Of a stretch of DNA of 31,969 nucleotides, positions 1 through 5,480 are shown piece by piece. The notes beneath the pieces are model-generated. The model made no database searches. It had not been told where the DNA came from and saw nothing but the letters and a program-made list of their open reading frames with translations. A program made the position numbers and the translations under genes. The DNA comes from a virus: IMG/VR virus record IMGVR_UViG_3300022745_000423, positions 1 through 31,969 of that record; one strand, 5' to 3'. Position 1 is the first letter of the stretch, and each line of letters opens with the position of its first letter.

Positions 1-127
1 GTGCTGCGGACATCTAAAAAAAGGAAATGCACATGTTGGAAAAGTTGATTGAATATTGGCCTTTGTTGACCGCCGTTGCGACGGCATGGGCATGGTCAAT
101 GAAGTTGTTGGTTGGTATTTCACGGTC
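1..127. repeat. terminal direct repeat, copy 1 (identical to 31843-31969)
   Basis: Read by eye: bases 1-127 (gtgctgcggacatctaaaaaaagg...ggtatttcacggtc) recur without mismatch as the last 127 bases of the window. The repeat begins in an intergenic spacer and ends inside the CDS that starts at 27/33. Confidence 0.95.
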
Positions 128-305
128 CATGCAATCCACCACGGACACGTTGACCCACCACACCAAGTTGCATGTCGAACACAAAAAGGCGTTTGACCTC
201 ATCACATCCAAACATGAATCCTTGAAGTCCGGGGTGCATCAGTTGGAAACATCCGTGGCCGTCCTACAAGCCCACGATACGCACGGCCCCGTCGCACGGG
301 GATAA
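27..305 (+). CDS. small membrane protein with an N-terminal TM helix and a polar helical tail; holin or i-spanin-like candidate
   Basis: ORF track, 92 aa. The hydrophobic stretch YWPLLTAVATAWAWSMKLLVGI is followed by a charged helical tail. AAGGAA at 21-26 favours the second ATG at 33 as the true start. The gene lies directly downstream of the fibre gene across the genome junction, the position of the T7 holin. Function is inferred. Confidence 0.55.
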   Translation: MHMLEKLIEYWPLLTAVATAWAWSMKLLVGISRSMQSTTDTLTHHTKLHVEHKKAFDLITSKHESLKSGVHQLETSVAVLQAHDTHGPVARG

Positions 306-325
306 CTTAGAAAAGGAACAACACC

Positions 326-2185
326 ATGGCTACCGTATTCCCATTGAAATCTGATTCCCTTACGGGCGTCATCTATTCCGCACAAACCACGGATACGGAT
401 AGCCCCGTTGGTGCCGTCCAAATCACGACCGCCCAAGCAACGGGAACCATCCGTGGTTCCTTGAAGCAAATCTACACGGGTACGGTTTCGGGTCCACCTT
501 CCCCCGGAGATGTCGCGGGTTTGACCATCGGTGGTGTGGATTATGCCTTCGTTGCATTTGACGATGGTACCGATGCCACGGCTACCGGGGTGACATCCGC
601 CGCAACCAATGGGAACAAGTTGACCAAGCGGTTCACGCCCAAAGGAACCCCACGTCCCGCCGCAAAGCAAACGTGGACAACTACGGTTTCTGGTGCCCCC
701 GGACTTGGGGATGTTGTGTCCTACACGATTGGTGGGACCACCTATTCCACCATGTGTTTGTCCGATGCGACCACGACAACCACGGCGGAAGCCTTGAAAG
801 CCGCCGTGAACAATGGTTCCAAGGATGCCCGTTCTTTCGGCATCTATGGTTCCCCGATTAGCAATGATCGGGTGCATTGCGTCATCAATGGTGTTACCTA
901 CACCTATTCCGTTGATGGTGGGGATTCGCCCATTGACGTTGCCATGGGCCTTGCCGCCGCTATCAATGGTGATTCCGTCTATGACGTGGATCGTGCCGCC
1001 AACGTGATTTACTTGCGTGCCAAGGCCGTTGGTGCCCCGGTGGAAGTGACAACCTTTGTGGTTGCGGCCCCCGGTGGAACGACCATCACCGCCCCGGAAA
1101 CCAAAGTGACGGGTACGGCCACGGGTTCCGATTGGGTCGCATCGCGTGTAACCAACCATGCCACCATCACCAATAGTGGCTTTGGCCCGGACAACACCCC
1201 GGTTTCCGTTGCCGTGACTTTGGATCAAGGTACCACCACGGTGTCCTCGGTCAATGTGGTTGTCGGTTGCTTGGCCGATACCGTGACCTTGAAGTTGGGC
1301 GGGGAAACCTTTTCCTTCGTCACGACCAACAACGTCACGGCGGATGTCTTGACGGGGATCGTTGCGGCGGTGTCGGGGTCTTACACAGCTTATTCCGATG
1401 GCGTGAACTTGTACGTCCGTGCCCCGGTGGGTTTGACCACAAGCATTGCGATCTCCTACACGGGTGCCGTGTCTTGGGCGGGTGCAACCTTGTTGTCGGC
1501 TACCACGGGTCAACGCTTGTGGAACGTTTCCAACGTTGATTCCGACATGACGGTGGAATACTTCAAGCCCGGCTTGGAAGGGCACGATGCGGAGATTTCA
1601 TCCATCCACACGGGGGACATTGGATTTTCGATTTCGGAAGACCAAGCGGGTCGTGATGGGGACATCGCCGCATTGTCGGATGGGGAAACCACGTTTTCCT
1701 ATGAAACCCAAAACGGGGATACGGTCAACGAAGTAGCCATTGGCATTTGGGAAGCCATGAACGGCAAATCCCAGTTCGGTGTGTCCTACGCCACGGATAC
1801 GGACACCATCGCAAAGCAAGGGCCATTCGTCTTGACCGATGTTTCGGTTTGGAAGAATGGTGCGGGCGGTGTCGCATTCACCATTACCGATGTCCAATCG
1901 GCATCGGCACCATTGGCGGTGACGGCACCTACTTGTTTCCGTTTGGATGGGGCCACCACGGCGTTGGTTGGTTGTGCCTTGTTGGGCGGAACTTCTTACA
2001 AAGCCCATGTATTCTTGCGGATGGATAGTGATCCGTTCCCGGCGTGGTATGAAGATTCTTCTACCGTGATTTCGGGCAACCAAGTCGTGACCGTGAATAG
2101 CACGGGCTACGATTCCATCACGGTGCAAGTGGACACCTTTGTTGGAAACGGCGTGGCGCAAGTCACCTTGCAAGGGAGCAAATAA
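326..2185 (+). CDS. 619-aa structural protein with five degenerate ~55-aa internal repeats; putative fibre, receptor-binding or decoration protein
   Basis: ORF track. AAAGGAAC at 312-319 lies 6 nt before the ATG. The protein is Thr/Gly/Val-rich. A repeated pattern GD-v-x-l-x-iGG-x-x-Y...T-x-x-x-vA-x-x-lAaAiNG occurs at about aa 51-107, 117-175, 181-235, 316-368 and 444-500. Confidence 0.6.
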   Translation: MATVFPLKSDSLTGVIYSAQTTDTDSPVGAVQITTAQATGTIRGSLKQIYTGTVSGPPSPGDVAGLTIGGVDYAFVAFDDGTDATATGVTSAATNGNKLTKRFTPKGTPRPAAKQTWTTTVSGAPGLGDVVSYTIGGTTYSTMCLSDATTTTTAEALKAAVNNGSKDARSFGIYGSPISNDRVHCVINGVTYTYSVDGGDSPIDVAMGLAAAINGDSVYDVDRAANVIYLRAKAVGAPVEVTTFVVAAPGGTTITAPETKVTGTATGSDWVASRVTNHATITNSGFGPDNTPVSVAVTLDQGTTTVSSVNVVVGCLADTVTLKLGGETFSFVTTNNVTADVLTGIVAAVSGSYTAYSDGVNLYVRAPVGLTTSIAISYTGAVSWAGATLLSATTGQRLWNVSNVDSDMTVEYFKPGLEGHDAEISSIHTGDIGFSISEDQAGRDGDIAALSDGETTFSYETQNGDTVNEVAIGIWEAMNGKSQFGVSYATDTDTIAKQGPFVLTDVSVWKNGAGGVAFTITDVQSASAPLAVTAPTCFRLDGATTALVGCALLGGTSYKAHVFLRMDSDPFPAWYEDSSTVISGNQVVTVNSTGYDSITVQVDTFVGNGVAQVTLQGSK

Positions 2186-2187
2186 CC

Positions 2188-2370
2188 ATGCCCGGTACAC
2201 ACGTTGACGAAAAGCATTGGAACATGGCGAAGGAACAAGCCAAGGCCGAAGGCTTTGAAAAGAACTACGCCTACATCCAAAGCATCTACCAAAAGATGAT
2301 CAAAGGTGCGTCCAAAGATCCACGGTCGGCGGCGGCATTTGAACAACTGAAAAAGGAACACAAGAAATGA
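2188..2370 (+). CDS. hypothetical small basic protein (60 aa)
   Basis: ORF track. The ATG lies 2 nt after the upstream TAA. Lys/Glu-rich and predicted helical, with no TM segment. Confidence 0.5.
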   Translation: MPGTHVDEKHWNMAKEQAKAEGFEKNYAYIQSIYQKMIKGASKDPRSAAAFEQLKKEHKK

Positions 2371-2540
2371 AGAAGCCCTACTTGGTTTGTTTGGCATTGT
2401 CCTATTTGGTCGGATGCATCATTGGTTCGGCTTGTAGTCGTACATCCTTGGTGGTTGAACCCACCAAGGATGTCGATGATGTCGTGGAACTTCCAACAAG
2501 TGACACGGGAACTTCTTTGCCGGGATCGCCAACACCGTAG
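2367..2540 (+). CDS. 57-aa lipoprotein; not in the ORF track because it is under 60 aa
   Basis: Hand translation: MKKPYLVCLALSYLVGCIIGSACSRTSLVVEPTKDVDDVVELPTSDTGTSLPGSPTP*. It shows a basic n-region, a hydrophobic core and the lipobox L-V-G-C (Cys17). The ATG (2367-2369) overlaps the upstream TGA (2368-2370) as ATGA. AAAGGAAC at 2352-2359 lies 7 nt upstream. The stop TAG is at 2538-2540. Confidence 0.65.
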   Translation: MKKPYLVCLALSYLVGCIIGSACSRTSLVVEPTKDVDDVVELPTSDTGTSLPGSPTP

Positions 2541-2616
2541 AGCCACGATGGTAAATGGTAGTTCCAAAGGGATTCAAGGGCGGGATGCCTGATAAAAGGA
2601 TTAGATAACGGGTGGT

Positions 2617-2802
2617 GTGAGGATGATGGATTTATCCGAATCAAAAGATGATGACACCATCGAAGACATCGTGGATCGTCTTTTGGCGGATGATACGGAA
2701 CCTACGGAACAAGAGAAGGAAGAATGGTTCAAGCGAACGCAATGGGTTGAACTTCCTTTGATGCCCGTGCCCACAAGCAAACCCAACAAGAAAGGTGATT
2801 GA
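2617..2802 (+). CDS. hypothetical acidic protein (about 59-61 aa)
   Basis: ORF track. The start is ambiguous: GTG at 2617, or ATG at 2623 or 2626. Asp/Glu-rich N-terminal half and Pro/Lys-rich C-terminus. Confidence 0.45.
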   Translation: MRMMDLSESKDDDTIEDIVDRLLADDTEPTEQEKEEWFKRTQWVELPLMPVPTSKPNKKGD

Positions 2803-2803
2803 C

Positions 2804-2995
2804 ATGGAAATCATCGTAGCTTTGACACCATTCGTTACTGGTTTGGTTTCCCTTTGTGCCGCCCTTTCCACGGTATTGCCACCCCCGGACTTTGGTGGTG
2901 TGCAATCATCGTTGGCTTATAGATTGACTTACACCGTCATCAACGCCATCGGATTGAACGTGGGCCATGCAAAGAACACCACCGCCCCCAAGTAA
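2804..2995 (+). CDS. 63-aa membrane protein; holin-like candidate
   Basis: The track ORF begins at GTG 2795. I prefer ATG 2804, which lies 1 nt after the upstream TGA (2800-2802) and is preceded by AAGGTGA at 2792-2798. TM helix IIVALTPFVTGLVSLCAALSTVL plus a second amphipathic segment LAYRLTYTVINAIGLNVG. Function is inferred. Confidence 0.5.
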   Translation: MEIIVALTPFVTGLVSLCAALSTVLPPPDFGGVQSSLAYRLTYTVINAIGLNVGHAKNTTAPK

Positions 2996-3497
2996 CAACC
3001 TTCAAGCTTTGTACTTCGTGGCGGACAAGCCCGTTGTCCTAGCCCCATGGTCCATCCTTGAAACACCCGAAGGTTGGGTTCTCCCCGCCGGACCCCGTGG
3101 CTTTGATGGCCGCGATGGGCGTGACGGCTTGGATGGTGCCCAAGGTCTTATGGGACCTCAAGGCCCAATGGGTCCGATGGGTCCACAAGGACATCCGGGG
3201 ACATCCACAACAACGGTGATCCATCGGTATGAACGACCCGCCCCGCCAAGGCCGTCAAACGGCCCTATGTCCGTAGTTTCACCTCCGGTGGGTTCTAGGG
3301 CGACCGATGGCATTCCCGTCCGTCCTAGCCCAACGTCGAAAGGATCTATGGGCGGTGTTGGCCGTGGCAAGATGCCCGAACCGAATCCGACCCGTTGGAA
3401 CTATAATCCCAAGACCGATGGAAAGTTGCTTGGATTGAAAAGCCCATCACCATCTTGCGGGTGGGAATCCTTTAGTCCATCCGGGCATAAGCGGTAG
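2967..3497 (+). CDS. collagen-like repeat protein (176 aa); last gene of the late transcription unit
   Basis: ORF track. There are thirteen uninterrupted G-X-Y triplets (GPR GFD GRD GRD GLD GAQ GLM GPQ GPM GPM GPQ GHP GTS) at aa 42-80, nt 3090-3206. The C-terminal half is Pro/Ser/Gly-rich and of low complexity. The start is uncertain: ATG 2967 overlaps the upstream gene by 29 nt, and in-frame GTG 3018 is an alternative. Confidence 0.6.
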   Translation: MQRTPPPPSNNLQALYFVADKPVVLAPWSILETPEGWVLPAGPRGFDGRDGRDGLDGAQGLMGPQGPMGPMGPQGHPGTSTTTVIHRYERPAPPRPSNGPMSVVSPPVGSRATDGIPVRPSPTSKGSMGGVGRGKMPEPNPTRWNYNPKTDGKLLGLKSPSPSCGWESFSPSGHKR

Positions 3498-3586
3498 AAA
3501 CGAAGTTCAACTTGATCTTGGGTCGTTTTGACGAACTTTTTGTGTCGTGGAACATAGCGTCATCACTACGTTATTCGGGATTTTTC

Positions 3587-3688
3587 GTGTGACCGCTACG
3601 TATGGATAGCGGGGATCTTAACATCTATCCCCTACCCCTGCACCCCACCCCTAAGACAAGAAGCACTAAGCCTATGTAGCGGTCACAC
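3587..3688. repeat. inverted-repeat element with 13-bp perfect arms, a 76-bp spacer and flanking 9-bp direct repeats
   Basis: Arms are GTGTGACCGCTAC (3587-3599) and GTAGCGGTCACAC (3676-3688), exact reverse complements. ATTTTTCGT occurs at 3580-3588, overlapping the left arm by 2 nt, and again at 3690-3698, 1 nt beyond the right arm. Confidence 0.85.
3629..3651 (-). other. G-quadruplex (minus strand) / i-motif (plus strand) consensus tract
   Basis: The plus strand reads CCCCTACCCCTGCACCCCACCCC. The minus strand reads GGGGTGGGGTGCAGGGGTAGGGG: four G4 runs with loops of 1, 4 and 2 nt. The tract lies inside the inverted-repeat element. The motif is certain; folding in vivo is not. Confidence 0.6.
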
Positions 3689-4005
3689 TATTTTTCGTCG
3701 GATTCCTTATTGGTTTCTAAGTAGTTACACGATTTTTTTTGATCAATGGTCACATGACTTCAAAGCCGCTTCGCGGCGGTGACCACAAGGAACCCGTTCT
3801 TTGCGTGACAAAGGATCCCGGATCCCTAAGCGGAACGGAAATCCAACACCAAATCCAACGGGATCGGCAACCCCAATGCCCAACGGATACAACTCTGTCA
3901 ACGATGACCGTGCCATTAGGCGGTTTTCCCTAGTGGCCGGAGCTTTGCATGGGCAAACGAGGTTATGAAGGTGTGTGAAGATTGAAAGGGCACACAAGAA
4001 AGTTC

Positions 4006-4033
4006 TTGACGGCCATGAAAAAGATGGTAAGGT
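4006..4033 (+). promoter_or_regulatory. candidate sigma70-type early promoter
   Basis: TTGACG (4006-4011), a 16-nt spacer, then TAAGGT (4028-4033) preceded by TG at 4025-4026 (extended -10). It lies about 165 nt upstream of the first early ATG. A CGTAGCGG...GTGACAC operator-like sequence follows at 4043-4065. This assumes a host with E. coli-like promoter recognition. Confidence 0.3.
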
Positions 4034-4197
4034 GATGGTGGACGTAGCGGCAATGGCCGTGACACCTTGAACCTAAACCAAAACACAACCTAAAACATAA
4101 CCTACCAGCCGCGATTTGAAGCTTGGCAACTTCTAAATGCAACCCCGATGACCGGCGGCTCTACAAGCTCACGTCAACGAAAAAAGGAACCTTGAAA

Positions 4198-4458
4198 ATG
4201 AACTTGGAAGAACAACTATCGCTACGGCAAGCGGCTAACTTGATGAAGGTGACCAAGCAAAGGGCTTGGCAGCTTTTGCAAGAGGGCACGCTTGATGGCG
4301 TGATGTTTGATTCTTTCCTGATCATTTCCAAGGAAAGCGTGGATCGGTGGGTGGCTTCCAAGGAAGCGAAGAAGTCACCCACCGTGTCCATTCCAAAACC
4401 AACGTTGGAAGAAGATTTCAACAACTACTTCACGGAAACCTATGGGACGGTGAAATAG
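4198..4458 (+). CDS. excisionase/MerR-type helix-turn-helix DNA-binding protein (86 aa); first early gene
   Basis: The track ORF starts at TTG 4123. I prefer ATG 4198, with AAAGGAAC at 4183-4190 lying 7 nt upstream. LSLRQAANLMKVTKQRAWQLLQEGTLDGVMFDSFLIISKESVDRWV has the HTH, wing and conserved Trp layout of excisionase-family HTH domains. Confidence 0.65.
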   Translation: MNLEEQLSLRQAANLMKVTKQRAWQLLQEGTLDGVMFDSFLIISKESVDRWVASKEAKKSPTVSIPKPTLEEDFNNYFTETYGTVK

Positions 4459-4525
4459 AAAAAAGGTTCCCGCCCCGCCTTATTGTTTGGCGACGTAAGC
4501 GGAACGGGAACTAAAGGAACGTGCC

Positions 4526-5260
4526 ATGAAGTCTACCAAGATCACCAAAAAAGCACAAGAAGCCAAGCGGGAAGCGGCTAGGCTTCGCAAGCAAAAATCC
4601 CGTGCATCCCTTGAAGCGAATGGGATGCATCGTGTTTATGTGTCCATTGGTCAAATGGACAAGAACGCAATCCTTGCCATTGGGGACTACTACGGTAAGA
4701 CCCCAAGTGAAATCGTGTCCATCCTTGTTGAAAGCCACATCCTTTCGACCCCAGATGGGAGGATGCCACAAGAAGCCGGATGCTTGTGGGAATCCACGGA
4801 AGCGGATTTGGACATCACCGTCACCAAAGAAATCCACCACGCTTTGACCCGGTACGGCACCTTGATGACGCCGGGTGAAATCATCGAAATCCTAATCGGA
4901 TTGGAACTTGACCCTACATGGGATTCAGATGACCCAACTTTGTTGGGTTCCTTTGTGGATGGTGATGATGTCATCATTGAACCTACCAAGATGATGTCGC
5001 ACCCGATGGCCTATTGGCGTCGTCGCAATCGTCGGTATCAACAAGCCATCGCTTTGGGAAAAGACCGCGAAGAAGTGTGGCCCGATTGGGGCAATGCTTT
5101 TGGGCGTGCCATGACATCCCATCAAAGCGAATGGGCCTATGGTGCCACCAAGGCGTCACGGCATGATGTGAAAGCATCGGATTTTGATTCCAACGTGGTG
5201 TACTTGAACTGGTCTAAGGAACCCGCATTGGATTTGGACGATTTGTTGGAAGCGGCATGA
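4526..5260 (+). CDS. 244-aa protein with a basic N-terminus and two ribbon-helix-helix-like modules
   Basis: ORF track. AAAGGAAC at 4513-4520. N-terminus is KKAQEAKREAARLRKQKSRAS. Module 1 is HRVYVSIGQMDKNAILAIGDYYGKTPSEIVSILVESHI (aa 34-72). Module 2 is DLDITVTKEIHHALTRYGTLMTPGEIIEILIGLEL (aa 94-128). Each reads as strand, helix, helix. The C-terminus is acidic. Confidence 0.6.
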   Translation: MKSTKITKKAQEAKREAARLRKQKSRASLEANGMHRVYVSIGQMDKNAILAIGDYYGKTPSEIVSILVESHILSTPDGRMPQEAGCLWESTEADLDITVTKEIHHALTRYGTLMTPGEIIEILIGLELDPTWDSDDPTLLGSFVDGDDVIIEPTKMMSHPMAYWRRRNRRYQQAIALGKDREEVWPDWGNAFGRAMTSHQSEWAYGATKASRHDVKASDFDSNVVYLNWSKEPALDLDDLLEAA

Positions 5261-5421
5261 AAACGCGTAAACCAAAAGAAGTGAAACCTGAAAAATCAAA
5301 GAACCCACTTTTGGATGTGCCATCCCCACCACTAACGATCCCACAAGGTGCCGCTTTTTGGGAAGCCATGCTGGCAAGCCTTGAAAAACACATGAAAGAG
5401 GTTAGTGATCCTAAACGTTGA
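5257..5421 (+). CDS. hypothetical 54-aa protein; not in the ORF track
   Basis: Hand translation: MKTRKPKEVKPEKSKNPLLDVPSPPLTIPQGAAFWEAMLASLEKHMKEVSDPKR*. The ATG (5257-5259) overlaps the upstream TGA (5258-5260). It fills an otherwise empty 160-nt gap in a densely packed operon. Confidence 0.4.
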   Translation: MKTRKPKEVKPEKSKNPLLDVPSPPLTIPQGAAFWEAMLASLEKHMKEVSDPKR

Positions 5422-5445
5422 TGTCTTTCCAAGGTATGTTAGAAT
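5418..5445 (+). promoter_or_regulatory. candidate sigma70-type promoter with extended -10
   Basis: TTGATG (5418-5423), a 16-nt spacer, then TGT-TAGAAT (TG at 5437-5438, -10 at 5440-5445). It lies 35 nt upstream of the ATG at 5481. Confidence 0.3.
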
Positions 5446-5480
5446 AGACACTAGGACACGGTAGACAAAGGTAACGGAAC

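Larger units (their letters stand above)
3498..4197. promoter_or_regulatory. 700-bp non-coding control region between the end of the late genes and the first early gene
   Basis: This is the only long stretch without a convincing ORF on either strand. It contains inverted and direct repeats, T-tracts, a G4 tract, six GTGAC/GTCAC half-sites and a promoter-like hexamer pair. Confidence 0.6.

Noticed and set aside
239-1585. Very long minus-strand ORFs. Examples: 239..1585 (448 aa), 5994..6788, 12231..13289 (352 aa), 13995..15329 (444 aa), 15363..16181, 23109..23906, 25474..26313 and 28521..29312.
   Set aside because: Each lies antisense to a well-supported + strand gene in the same codon register. 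Sense codons TTA, CTA and TCA, the reverse complements of the stop codons, are rare in this genome, so the antisense frame stays open by composition. The translations are Gly/Arg/His/Val-rich with no recognisable fold or RBS.
3503-3541. Possible intrinsic terminator after the collagen-like gene: AAGTTC (3503-3508) and GAACTT (3533-3538), followed by a T5 run.
   Set aside because: The stem is only 6 bp, AT-rich, and has a 24-nt loop. This is too weak to call, although a late-operon terminator is expected somewhere here.
3587-3690. A tRNA or tRNA-like gene within the inverted-repeat element or elsewhere in the hub.
   Set aside because: No cloverleaf could be drawn. There is no GTTCRANYC T-loop. 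The GGGGAT/ATCCCC hairpin has a 10-nt loop and lacks the U33/purine37 pattern. No tRNA was seen elsewhere in the window.
3739-3997. ORFs in the control hub: + 3739..3933 (64 aa, TTG start) and - 3743..3997 (84 aa, TTG start). The minus-strand ORF would sit like a divergent cI-type repressor.
   Set aside because: Neither has an RBS, an HTH or any recognisable motif. They overlap each other and the repeat arrays almost completely, and both need TTG starts. The divergent-repressor idea is attractive but unsupported. It is worth a profile search only.
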